Shown here in pieces: positions 1-9,205 of a stretch of DNA of 64,000 bases. The DNA is from Candidatus Harrisonbacteria bacterium (GTDB lineage Bacteria > Patescibacteriota > Minisyncoccia > UBA6257 > 02-FULL-45-10c). A program made the translations under genes and the position numbers. The DNA lies in the NCBI GenBank assembly GCA_016192685.1, contig JACPTS010000001.1, positions 225,710 through 289,709 on the forward strand, written 5' to 3'. A model generated the notes under the pieces. It searched no databases. It was not told the DNA's origin and was given only the letters and a program-made list of their open reading frames with translations. Each line of letters starts with the position of its first letter. Position 1 is the stretch's first letter.

Positions 1-708
1 CGGCGTTTCATCCACGATAATTTCCACTCCGGTTAAGCGCTCCAAAGTGCGGATATTCCGGCCTTCGCGGCCGATAATCTTGCCCTTTAATTCTTCATTT
101 GGAAGCTGGAACGCGCTGGTAGTAATATCCGCCACATGAGAACGGGCATAACGCTGGATTGCCGTAGTAATAATTTCGGCGCTCTTTTTTTCAATTTCCT
201 CCCGCCGCTCATTTTCCAATTTATTAAGGACAACCAAAAGTTCATTTTTATGCTCATCCTTAACTTTAGCAAGAATTTTTTCCCTGGCTTCATCTAAAGT
301 AAGTTTGGCCGCTTTTTCCAATTCTTTAATTATTTTTGCCCGCAATTCGTCTGTTTCTAATTTAGCGGCTGCCAGGCGTTTTCCTTCTTCTGCCAATCCT
401 GATTTTTCCGAACCAAAATCCGCCAGCTGCTTTTCCAGCTGTTCTTCTTTTTTAATCAGTCGTTCTTCCAATTTATCCAGCTGCAATTTCCGGCTTTTTT
501 CCTCACCCTTAACTTCTTCCAAAAGCTTGGCCGCCCGTTCTTTGGCATCCAAAACTACCTCTTTAGCCTGAGATTTTGATTCTTCCAGCCAATTTTTAAT
601 TTTTTGTTCTGCCGAATCAACTTGCCTTTTAGCAACTGTCTGACGAATAAAATAACCCGCCGCTAATCCCAATACTAAAACCGCCCAAATCAATGGATTT
701 GTTAACAT
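1..708 (-). CDS. rny: Ribonuclease Y, N-terminal part (gene continues past window start)
   Basis: The minus-strand frame is open from an ATG (plus 706-708) to position 1. Translation begins [30 protein letters not shown], an N-terminal TM helix followed by a K/E-rich coiled coil. It ends at the window edge with [24 protein letters not shown], the KH-domain signature of RNase Y. It is absent from the ORF track because no stop lies in the window. Confidence 0.8.
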   Translation of the reverse strand, partial: MLTNPLIWAVLVLGLAAGYFIRQTVAKRQVDSAEQKIKNWLEESKSQAKEVVLDAKERAAKLLEEVKGEEKSRKLQLDKLEERLIKKEEQLEKQLADFGSEKSGLAEEGKRLAAAKLETDELRAKIIKELEKAAKLTLDEAREKILAKVKDEHKNELLVVLNKLENERREEIEKKSAEIITTAIQRYARSHVADITTSAFQLPNEELKGKIIGREGRNIRTLERLTGVEIIVDETP

Positions 709-815
709 GTATTAAATTGTTTCCCAAGTATTTCATTTTTATTGAATTTGTTAGGAAATTACTTTTAATTAATTATTATATTTCGAAACTTTTCTGTATT
801 ATAATATTAAAGTAT

Positions 816-2366
816 ATGAAACGTCAAGTAATCCTCGCGATTTTAGACGGTTGGGGAATCGGGCCGAAAAATGAATCCAATCCGATCCACACCCAAGGAA
901 CGCCGAATCTTGATTACATCAAGACTGTTTTTTTAACCGGCGCTCTTCAAGCCTCCGGAATTTCCGTCGGCCTGCCCTGGAATGAAGAGGGTAACAGCGA
1001 AGTCGGCCATTTAACCATCGGCGCCGGCAAAGTTATTTACCAACATTACCCGCGCATAACTTTATCAATTCAGGATGGCAGCTTTGCGAAAAATAAAGTT
1101 TTCCTTAACGCCTTTGACCACGCCAAAAAAAATAAAAGCGCCCTAAATTTTGCCGGGCTTCTAACCGAAGGCAACATCCATGCCTCGCTCCAGCACCTTA
1201 CCGCTTTGATTGATTTAGCTAAAAAAAATAAAGTCGGGAAAATAAATCTGCATCTTTTTTCCGATGGCAAAGATAGCGAACCTAAATCCGCAGTCCGAAT
1301 TCTCAAAAAATTAATGGTTGATACTGGCGAGGGGTGGGAAATTGGAAGCTTCTCCGGCAGGCATTACGCCTTAGACCGGGACGGCTATTGGGAACGCACC
1401 CGGCCAACCTACGAAGCAATGACCGGCGCCGGATTGCCAATAAAAAATATCGGCGCGGCCATTAAAGAAGCTTACGGTAAAAATCTTAATGACCAGCAAA
1501 TTAATCCCTATGTCATAAATCCGGAAGCGGCCATCCGGGATAACGACGCGCTCATATTTTTTGATTTTCGGGAAGACAGCATCCGCCAGATTGCTTCCGC
1601 TTTTATCCTGAAAGATTTTAACCAATTCCCCGTAAAACAATTTTCTAATTTATATATTGCGACAATGACTGATTATTCGGATAAATTTACTGTGCCAGTT
1701 GCCTATCCGCCGGAAAAAATTGAGAATCCGCTTGCTAAAATTTTGGCTGACAACGGCAAATCCCAAATCCACATTGCGGAAACGGAAAAATACGCTCATG
1801 TCACTTATTTTTTTAACGGCTATCGCGAACAGCCATTTTCCAATGAATACCGGGTTTTAATACCGTCCAAAAAAGTGGCAAACTACGAAGAAAAACCAAA
1901 AATGCAGGCAAAAGAAGTAACCTCCAGAGCAATCCAGGCAATTGAGGAAGGGGCTTTTGATTTTGTTCTGGTTAACTACGCCAATGGGGATATGATTGCC
2001 CATACCGGAAATTATGAAGCGGCGAAAATTGCCGTTCAAGAAGTGGATGAATCCATCGGAACCATTCTCCGTTCCGCCTTGGCAAACAACGCGGTGCTTA
2101 TAATTACCGCCGACCACGGCAATCTGGAAACTATGCTTAATTCCAAAACCGGAGAAATCACCACTGCCCACGACATCTCACCAGTGCCGATTTATATTGC
2201 CGGCAATGAATTCGTAAAACAAAAAACACCCGCCGAAATTGGATTAGCGGAAAAAGAAACGGTCGGAATTTTATCTGACGTGGCGCCGACGATTTTGGAA
2301 ATAATGAACATCCCCCAACCGCCAGAAATGACCGGTCAAAGCTTAATAAAATTACTACGGGAATAA
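816..2366 (+). CDS. gpmI: 2,3-bisphosphoglycerate-independent phosphoglycerate mutase
   Basis: MKRQVILAILDGWGIGPK... is the canonical iPGM N-terminus (ILDGWG). The ORF is long. The track ORF starts earlier at 693, but the conserved N-terminus begins at the ATG at 816. Confidence 0.85.
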   Translation: MKRQVILAILDGWGIGPKNESNPIHTQGTPNLDYIKTVFLTGALQASGISVGLPWNEEGNSEVGHLTIGAGKVIYQHYPRITLSIQDGSFAKNKVFLNAFDHAKKNKSALNFAGLLTEGNIHASLQHLTALIDLAKKNKVGKINLHLFSDGKDSEPKSAVRILKKLMVDTGEGWEIGSFSGRHYALDRDGYWERTRPTYEAMTGAGLPIKNIGAAIKEAYGKNLNDQQINPYVINPEAAIRDNDALIFFDFREDSIRQIASAFILKDFNQFPVKQFSNLYIATMTDYSDKFTVPVAYPPEKIENPLAKILADNGKSQIHIAETEKYAHVTYFFNGYREQPFSNEYRVLIPSKKVANYEEKPKMQAKEVTSRAIQAIEEGAFDFVLVNYANGDMIAHTGNYEAAKIAVQEVDESIGTILRSALANNAVLIITADHGNLETMLNSKTGEITTAHDISPVPIYIAGNEFVKQKTPAEIGLAEKETVGILSDVAPTILEIMNIPQPPEMTGQSLIKLLRE

Positions 2367-2392
2367 AAATTCCCCGCGTGGGGAATTTTCTT
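2367..2392. terminator. bidirectional rho-independent terminator hairpin (aaattcccc gcgt ggggaattt)
   Basis: A 9-bp stem with a 4-nt loop lies between convergent gpmI and the small ORF. T-runs follow on both strands. Confidence 0.6.
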
Positions 2393-2393
2393 A

Positions 2394-2657
2394 TTATAAA
2401 AAACACCGATAATATACCCATAAATCGTGGCCGTGAAGCAAGGTGAATTTTCCTACTTTTCTGGCTGGCAATTTTTTATCTGCCATGGCTTTTCTAATGT
2501 TATAAATGGTGCAAGCTAAAACCTTAGCAGCAATAGGCGGCGTAACTTCAACGTGAAAAAAATTTTCGTACCCTAATTTTCTTGCCCGCGCCTTAAAAGT
2601 TGTTTGTCTTTCTAAATCCTTTTTAAATAATTGCCAGCCGCTTGATTTTCTTGACAT
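2394..2657 (-). CDS. hypothetical small protein (87 aa)
   Basis: A GGAGA-type RBS lies about 6 nt upstream of the ATG. The ORF is flanked by a bidirectional terminator hairpin at 2367-2392. No family was recognised. Confidence 0.4.
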   Translation of the reverse strand: MSRKSSGWQLFKKDLERQTTFKARARKLGYENFFHVEVTPPIAAKVLACTIYNIRKAMADKKLPARKVGKFTLLHGHDLWVYYRCFL

Positions 2658-2695
2658 CGCTATCTCCTTAAACTATTTTTTTAGTAACTCAAAAT

Positions 2696-3934
2696 ATGTT
2701 ACCTCAAATCATTAAAAAAATAAAGTCCGCGCCCAAAAGCCCCGGTATCTATATTTTTTATCAAAACCAAACACCACTTTATGTCGGAAAAGCTTCCAAT
2801 CTAAAAAATCGGCTGCAAAATTACCTTAAAATTACCGATATAAAAACCGAATCCCTGCATCGCGAAGCAAATAAATTAGAACTAATAAAACTTAATTCAA
2901 ATATTGAAGCTCTAATTATTGAATCCAAACTGATCAAAGAATTAAAACCGAAATATAATATCCTCTGGCGCGACGATAAAAACTATTTTTATGCGGCTAT
3001 TACCCGGGAAAAATTTCCAAGAATCTTTGCGGCCCATCAATTAAATAATCCTAATACTGAATATATCGGGCCGTTTACTGAAGGAAATTCGCTAAAAGCT
3101 ATTCTCCGGCTCCTGCGGCGCTATTTTCCCTATTGCACTTGCAAGCCGCATCTACGCCTTTGCTTAAATTCTCAAATCAATAATTGTCCGGGGTATTGCT
3201 GCCAAATAAATGACAATAGACAACAGACAATGAACAATAGACGACAAATTACTGACTACAAGAAAAACATTACTAAAATTAAAAATATCTTAACCAGAAA
3301 AGACAAAAAATTTATCCGCCAGCTTAAAGACCCTTATGAACTTTTGGTATTGGAAAAAATCTGGGCGCATGAACCATACCTTGAACAGAACAATAGACAA
3401 CAAGACAAACACTACTCACGCGTTGAATGCTATGACAATTCTCATCTCTCCGGCAAAGAAGCCGTAGGAGCGATGACGTCATGGACAAAACAAACTACAA
3501 ACAACAATGAACAACAAATAACGACAAAATGGCTGGCAAATAAAAATAGTTGGCGCAAATTCAAAATCCGCGGCAATTATACCGAAGACGACCCGCGTAT
3601 GATGGAAGAAATCGTCACACGGCGGCTTAATCATCCGGAATGGCCTTATCCGGATTTAATCATAATTGATGGCGGAATCACCCAGTTTAATGCGGCAAAA
3701 CGAGCAATCCAAAAGTCAAAGGTCAAAGGTCGGGGGTCAAATGTTATAAAAGTTATTTCTTTCGCCAAACCACGACAGCTGATTTTCGGATTACAAAAAA
3801 ATCCAGTGCCGATTTCAACTTTACCAATAGAATTTCAAAATTTAATCAAAACGGCGATTCAAAATACCCATAATTTCGTCATCCGCTATCACCGAAAAAT
3901 TAGAGAAAGAAAATTTATAAAGGAGTATAATTAA
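2696..3934 (+). CDS. uvrC: UvrC-like excinuclease, short form: GIY-YIG, Cys cluster and RNase H-like endonuclease domain, without UvrBC-interaction or C-terminal HhH domains
   Basis: GIY-YIG N-terminus (SPGIYIFYQNQTPLYVGKASNLKNRLQNY). Cys cluster YCTCKPHLRLCLNSQINNCPGYCC. UvrC endonuclease-domain start motif ECYDNSHLSG. Only 412 aa against about 600 aa for canonical UvrC. Low-complexity N/Q/T-rich insertions are encoded by acaa-rich repeats. Confidence 0.7.
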   Translation: MLPQIIKKIKSAPKSPGIYIFYQNQTPLYVGKASNLKNRLQNYLKITDIKTESLHREANKLELIKLNSNIEALIIESKLIKELKPKYNILWRDDKNYFYAAITREKFPRIFAAHQLNNPNTEYIGPFTEGNSLKAILRLLRRYFPYCTCKPHLRLCLNSQINNCPGYCCQINDNRQQTMNNRRQITDYKKNITKIKNILTRKDKKFIRQLKDPYELLVLEKIWAHEPYLEQNNRQQDKHYSRVECYDNSHLSGKEAVGAMTSWTKQTTNNNEQQITTKWLANKNSWRKFKIRGNYTEDDPRMMEEIVTRRLNHPEWPYPDLIIIDGGITQFNAAKRAIQKSKVKGRGSNVIKVISFAKPRQLIFGLQKNPVPISTLPIEFQNLIKTAIQNTHNFVIRYHRKIRERKFIKEYN

Positions 3935-3937
3935 ATT

Positions 3938-4300
3938 ATGAAATTAATCTCTCATTTTATTTTTTCTTTCTTCTCAAACTTTATTACCCTGCTTATTGCC
4001 GGAAATTTTATTTCCGGATTTGAAATTTCTGATAATCTGGTTAATTTAGCTGTTGCCGCCGCGATTTTTATGCTCATTAATACCTATCTTCGCCCCTTGA
4101 TTAAAATGGTTTTATCGCCACTGGTATTCTTAACTCTGGGCTTATTTACTTTGGTCATAAACGCCGGAATGCTCTACTTGCTTGACATCCTCAGTGAGAA
4201 TGTTACAATAAGAGGAATAGAATCTCTTATATACGGAACTTTGCTTATTACTGGAGTAAATTTCTTGCTTCATTTTTCGGCAAAACACCTTGCAAAATAG
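3938..4300 (+). CDS. small multi-pass membrane protein (DUF360 / phage-holin-4-like YvlD family)
   Basis: 120 aa with four predicted TM helices. The pattern resembles YvlD/DUF360. Confidence 0.45.
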   Translation: MKLISHFIFSFFSNFITLLIAGNFISGFEISDNLVNLAVAAAIFMLINTYLRPLIKMVLSPLVFLTLGLFTLVINAGMLYLLDILSENVTIRGIESLIYGTLLITGVNFLLHFSAKHLAK

Positions 4301-4319
4301 TCATTAGTAATTTTAATTT

Positions 4320-4535
4320 ATGTTAGCCATTGCCCAAATTACTGTTTCTATAATTTTAATTATCTTAATACTGCTCCAAGAGCGCTCTTCGGGTTTGTCG
4401 GGAATTTTAGGCGGAGGGGAAGGCGAGGGGAGATTTTATCAAACCAGGCGCGGATTAGAGAAATTTATCTTCTGGAGCACCATTGTCTTAGCCGCCCTCT
4501 TTGCTTTATTGGCGCTGACCGATCTAATTATTTAA
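4320..4535 (+). CDS. secG: preprotein translocase subunit SecG
   Basis: 71 aa with two TM helices separated by a Gly-rich loop (LLQERSSGLSGILGGGEGEG), the typical SecG architecture. Confidence 0.7.
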   Translation: MLAIAQITVSIILIILILLQERSSGLSGILGGGEGEGRFYQTRRGLEKFIFWSTIVLAALFALLALTDLII

Positions 4536-4585
4536 AGATTTGGATTGTTTTCCCGACTTCAACAGAAACCCTTTATGGACCTTTA

Positions 4586-6247
4586 ATGCCCGATCTTATT
4601 TATCAAATTTACAAAAATTTTACGGAGTTAGAACGGCGAATATTTTTACTTACGCTGTTAATTTTCATAATGTCAGGAACTATGTGGCTAACACTAATGT
4701 TTTATTCGCGCACCGTAACAGTGCCTGCCGCCAGCAGTCTGTATAAAGAAGGGCTAATCGGCCAGCCGATTGCGGTTAATCCAATTCTAGTTGGCGCCAA
4801 TGATGCTGACCGCGATTTAATTGAACTCCTATTCAGCGGCCTTATTGATCTCACGGAAAGTTACAAAATCAGCGAAGGCGGCCAATTATGGAAAATAATT
4901 TTAAAAGAAAATCTCCGCTGGAGCGACGGCAAGCCGCTAACCAGTGACGATTTAATTTTTACCATTGACAGCATCCAAAATTCCGAAAGCCAATCCCCCC
5001 TCTTTTTAACCTGGCAAGGGGTCGTGGTTGACCGATTAAGCGAGCGGGAGGTAGAATTTACCCTGCGAACGCCCTACGCGTTCTTTCTGGACAATTTAAA
5101 GGATTTAAAAATAATCCCGAAGCATATTTTCAGCGTTATCCCATTGGAAAATTTCCGCCTTTCTAATTTTAATTTGGAACCGGTGGGAAGCGGGCCATAT
5201 AAATTCGCGTCATTGGAAAAAAGGAAAGACGGTTTTATCACCGACTATCGCTTAACTGCCAATGAATATTACCCACTTCCAAAACCGCATATTGAAAATT
5301 TTGACTTGAAATTTTACCAAAGCGCCGCCGATCTTATTAACGCGTTTAACCAGAAAAAAATTGACGGCTTTGGCGGGCTTAATCCCAAAAACACTGAAGA
5401 ATTAAAATTAAATAATGTCATTTTGGAAAAAATCATTCCCAGATATTACGCGATTTTCATAAATAAAAATACCAGCCCCAGCTTGGAAGATAAAAATGTA
5501 ATCGCCGCTTTAAATCTGGCCGTTAATAAACAAAAAATTATAGAAGAGGTTTTCGGCGGCCGGGCCTTGGTCATTAATGAACCTCTTTTGCCGACTATTG
5601 AAGGCTACGACCGGTCCGCTGACCCGGGATGGGAATTTTCAATAGAAAAGGCGGCGGATATTTTAGACAAGTCTAAGTGGATGCCCAATCCGGAAACCGG
5701 CATTCGCGGGAAAAAAATCGGCAAACAAAGCCATTCTTTAGAATTTTCCTTGGTAGTCCCGCAAATACCCTTTCTTAATGAAACCCTGAAAATCATAGCC
5801 GAAGACTGGAAAAAAATCGGCGTTCAATTAAATCCGATAATTTTAAACCCGACTGACATTGCCAGCGAATTAATTAAAACCAGAAATTACCAGATGATAA
5901 TTTTCGGAAATATATTAAAAAATAATCCCGATATTTTTTCTTTCTGGCATTCTTCCGAAAGGTTCTATCCCGGATTAAATCTCGCCCTGTATAATAACAA
6001 AAAGGCCGATAATCTGCTGGAATCAATCAGAAAAAATCTTGACGGCGAGTCAAGAAAAAAAGAACTGGGGCAATTACAAAAGCTAATTAGCGAAGACCAA
6101 CCGGCGATATTCCTTTATTCTCCAACCTACCTCTATGTAGCCCCTAAAGATTTTGGCGGTTTTGAGGAACAAACTATTGCCACGCCTTCCGACCGATTTG
6201 AAAATGTTAATCAATGGTATCTGGAAACAACGAGAATTTTTAAATAG
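4586..6247 (+). CDS. extracellular solute-binding protein, family 5 (oligopeptide-binding-like), N-terminal membrane anchor
   Basis: 553 aa with an N-terminal TM segment. SBP_bac_5-like length and motifs (LIDGLIDL..., ...KIIPKHIF). Confidence 0.55.
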   Translation: MPDLIYQIYKNFTELERRIFLLTLLIFIMSGTMWLTLMFYSRTVTVPAASSLYKEGLIGQPIAVNPILVGANDADRDLIELLFSGLIDLTESYKISEGGQLWKIILKENLRWSDGKPLTSDDLIFTIDSIQNSESQSPLFLTWQGVVVDRLSEREVEFTLRTPYAFFLDNLKDLKIIPKHIFSVIPLENFRLSNFNLEPVGSGPYKFASLEKRKDGFITDYRLTANEYYPLPKPHIENFDLKFYQSAADLINAFNQKKIDGFGGLNPKNTEELKLNNVILEKIIPRYYAIFINKNTSPSLEDKNVIAALNLAVNKQKIIEEVFGGRALVINEPLLPTIEGYDRSADPGWEFSIEKAADILDKSKWMPNPETGIRGKKIGKQSHSLEFSLVVPQIPFLNETLKIIAEDWKKIGVQLNPIILNPTDIASELIKTRNYQMIIFGNILKNNPDIFSFWHSSERFYPGLNLALYNNKKADNLLESIRKNLDGESRKKELGQLQKLISEDQPAIFLYSPTYLYVAPKDFGGFEEQTIATPSDRFENVNQWYLETTRIFK

Positions 6248-6330
6248 CCCTCATGGCGGAACTGGCAGACGCGTACGCTTCAGGTGCGTATGGCCGCAAG
6301 GCCGTAGAGGTTCAAATCCTCTTGGGGGCA
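6247..6330 (+). tRNA. tRNA-Leu (anticodon CAG), long variable arm
   Basis: The sequence gccctca.../...tgggggc forms a cloverleaf. The anticodon loop is cttCAGgt. The extra arm is tggccgcaaggccgt. The T-arm is ggttcaaatcc. Confidence 0.8.
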
Positions 6331-6423
6331 CAAAAAAATTATAATTAACTAAATAACTAAAGACAAAAAGACAAACAGACTTAAAATTTAAAAGTCTTTA
6401 GCCTAAAGTCTTAAGTCAAAATA

Positions 6424-8145
6424 ATGATTAGAGCACCCAAAAGAATATTTAGAAAAAAAGCTTCTCCGGAATTAAAAAATAAAGAGGCGATTTTGCGTTT
6501 TGTGCCGCTCGGCGGCTTGGAAGAAATCGGCCGCAATTGTTCCTTTTTTGAATACGGAAACGAAATTGTGATAATGGATGTTGGTATCCAATTCCCGGAA
6601 GAAGAAACTCCGGGAATTGATTACATAATTCCGAATGCCGCTTATTTGGAGCCAAAAAAGAAAAATATCCGCGGCATTATCCTCACTCATGGCCATTATG
6701 ACCACATCCACGCCCTCCCCTATTTAATTGAAAAAATGGGTAATCCGATAATTTATACCGCGGAACTTACTAAGGCTTTAATTGAAAAACGTTTTCAGGA
6801 ATTTCCAAATCTGCCGAAACCAAAAATTGAAATCGTGAAAGACGGCGATCGGGTAACTATTTCGGAGCATTTCACGGCGGAATTTTTTGATATTGAACAT
6901 ACTATTCCGGATGCCATCGGATTTATTCTGGACACTCCGGAGGGAAAAATGGTCCACTTCGGCGACTTTCGGGTGGATCGGGATATTGACGGCAATCCGC
7001 AAAAAATGGAAATTTTTGAACGGCTTGGAAAAATGGGAATCCACACGGTATTTTTAGACAGCACCAATGCGGATATTGATGGAAAGTCTATTCCGGAAAA
7101 ATTAGTAGAAAAAAACTTGGAAAATCTTTTCAAAAATGCCGATGGCCGAGTCATTGTTGCCACCTTTGCATCTCTTCTTACCCGATTGGCGGAAATTATC
7201 AAAATCGCGGAAAAATTAGACCGCAAAGTGGCTCTAAACGGCCGTTCTATGAAAGATAATGTCCAAATCGCTAAAAATCTTGGCTATATGAAATTTAAAA
7301 AAGACCACGTAATTAATATAGAAGAAGTGCATCAATATAAAGATAATAAAATAATGATTTTAACCACTGGCGGGCAGGGCGAACCGAATGCCGGACTGAC
7401 CAAAATCGCCAATGGCGAACATAAAAGCGTCCGTTTGAAAAAAACTGACACGGTTATTTTTTCTTCTTCAGTCGTTCCGGGCAATGAACGGAGTGTCCAA
7501 ACTCTTCAAGACAATATCGCTCGCCAGGTGGCTGAAGTTTATAATTCCAAACTATTAGATATTCATTCCAGCGGCCACTGCCTAAAAGAAGATTTACTGT
7601 TAGTGCTAAAAACAGTTAAACCAAAATTCGTAGTGCCAATTCACGGCTACTATTTTAAACGCTCGGTAGCCGCTAAAATTGCCCAGCAAACCGGCATTCC
7701 CAAAGAAAATGCCATTTTAATGGACAACGGCCAAGTAGCCGAGATTGCCAAAGACGATTTTAAGGTTACCAGCGAACAAATTCCCGCCAATTATGTTATG
7801 GTTGACGGCCTTGGCATTGGAGATGTACAAGAAGTAGTGCTGCGGGACCGTCTAATGCTGGCGGAAGAAGGCATGGTGGTAGTAATTGCCACAATTGATA
7901 GAAAAAGCGGGCGATTCTTGAAAACTCCGGATATTATATCCAGAGGATTCATTTACCTGAAAGAACACAAAGAATTATTAGACGAAATTAGGATAAAATT
8001 AAAATCCATTATCGGAAGAATGCCTCGGCACCAAGAAATAGAGCCGGATTATGTAAAATCTTTAATCCGGGACCAAATCGGCCAACTTTTGTATAATAAG
8101 ACTAAACGGAGGCCGATGATTCTTCCAGTACTTATTGAAATTTAG
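6424..8145 (+). CDS. rnj: ribonuclease J (metallo-beta-lactamase / beta-CASP)
   Basis: N-terminal LRFVPLGGLEEIGRNCSFFEYGNEIVIMDVG and THGHYDHIHALPYL (HxHxDH) motifs. 573 aa. Confidence 0.85.
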   Translation: MIRAPKRIFRKKASPELKNKEAILRFVPLGGLEEIGRNCSFFEYGNEIVIMDVGIQFPEEETPGIDYIIPNAAYLEPKKKNIRGIILTHGHYDHIHALPYLIEKMGNPIIYTAELTKALIEKRFQEFPNLPKPKIEIVKDGDRVTISEHFTAEFFDIEHTIPDAIGFILDTPEGKMVHFGDFRVDRDIDGNPQKMEIFERLGKMGIHTVFLDSTNADIDGKSIPEKLVEKNLENLFKNADGRVIVATFASLLTRLAEIIKIAEKLDRKVALNGRSMKDNVQIAKNLGYMKFKKDHVINIEEVHQYKDNKIMILTTGGQGEPNAGLTKIANGEHKSVRLKKTDTVIFSSSVVPGNERSVQTLQDNIARQVAEVYNSKLLDIHSSGHCLKEDLLLVLKTVKPKFVVPIHGYYFKRSVAAKIAQQTGIPKENAILMDNGQVAEIAKDDFKVTSEQIPANYVMVDGLGIGDVQEVVLRDRLMLAEEGMVVVIATIDRKSGRFLKTPDIISRGFIYLKEHKELLDEIRIKLKSIIGRMPRHQEIEPDYVKSLIRDQIGQLLYNKTKRRPMILPVLIEI

Positions 8146-8225
8146 TATCACGTGTCATGCGTCATGTGTCACGGAAAACAACGATAATCTTTCCTGATAC
8201 TTGATATCTGATACCAGACACATTT

Positions 8226-9200
8226 ATGAGAAAACCAATCCTAATATCGGGTATCCAACCGACCGGCAACCTCCACCTCGGCAATTATTTGGGTGCTTTA
8301 AAAAACTTTGTGGAACTGCAAAACTCCGGCAAATATGACTGCTACTTTTTCATTGCCGATTATCATTCTTTAACTATTGATTTTAATTCAAGTGAAAAAT
8401 CGAGTGAGATATTGGCGGTTGCTAGTGCCTATTTGGCGTCTGGCATTGATCCGAAAAAATCAACTATCTTTGTCCAATCGCAAGTTCCCGAATCAACTGA
8501 ACTGGCTTGGATTTTTAATGCCCTGACGCCGCTTGGCGAAGTGGAGCGCATGACTCAATACAAAGAAAAGCGGGAGCAAAAATTAGGTACGGATGTCGGT
8601 CTTTTAACCTATCCCTTACTCATGGCTGCGGATGTTCTGCTTTACGATGCAAAATTTGTCCCGGTTGGCAAAGACCAACTTCAACATCTGGAGCTTGCCA
8701 GAGAGATTGCTCGAAGATTTAATAATCGCTTCGGTAAAACCTTTATAGAACCGCAAGCGCTCCTTACCAAAACACCACGAGTGATGTCTCTTAATGATCC
8801 GGCCAAAAAAATGTCCAAGTCTCTTCCGGAAGGATGCCTTTTTTTGAGTGACTCTGAAAAAGATATTGAAAATAAAATCAAACGCGCGGTTACTGACTCC
8901 GGTTCAGAAGTAAAATATGACGCACAAAATAAAGCCGGTGTTTCCAATCTGCTTTTAATTTATGAAGCTTTATCCGGCGCCCCGATATCCCGGCTTGAAA
9001 AAAAATATTCCGGCAAGGGCTACGGTCAATTTAAAACTGATCTAGTTAAATTAGTTACGGATTCGCTAAAACCATTCCGAGAACAAAAAACTTCTTCTAT
9101 AAAACTTAAATCAATGCTCAATGCCGGCGCTAAAAAAGCCGAGAAACTTGCTTCAAAAAAAATAAAGGTGGTTAAGAAAAAATTAGGATTACTGGATTAA
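8226..9200 (+). CDS. trpS: tryptophan--tRNA ligase
   Basis: N-terminal ISGIQPTGNLHLGNYLG (HIGH region) and KMSKS motif (KKMSKS). 324 aa. Confidence 0.9.
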   Translation: MRKPILISGIQPTGNLHLGNYLGALKNFVELQNSGKYDCYFFIADYHSLTIDFNSSEKSSEILAVASAYLASGIDPKKSTIFVQSQVPESTELAWIFNALTPLGEVERMTQYKEKREQKLGTDVGLLTYPLLMAADVLLYDAKFVPVGKDQLQHLELAREIARRFNNRFGKTFIEPQALLTKTPRVMSLNDPAKKMSKSLPEGCLFLSDSEKDIENKIKRAVTDSGSEVKYDAQNKAGVSNLLLIYEALSGAPISRLEKKYSGKGYGQFKTDLVKLVTDSLKPFREQKTSSIKLKSMLNAGAKKAEKLASKKIKVVKKKLGLLD

Positions 9201-9205
9201 AAAAT

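Noticed and set aside
87-571. Track ORFs 87..293 (-) and 305..571 (+)
   Set aside because: They lie inside or antisense to the RNase Y coding frame (1..708, minus strand), whose KH-domain signature is unambiguous. Their translations are low-complexity.
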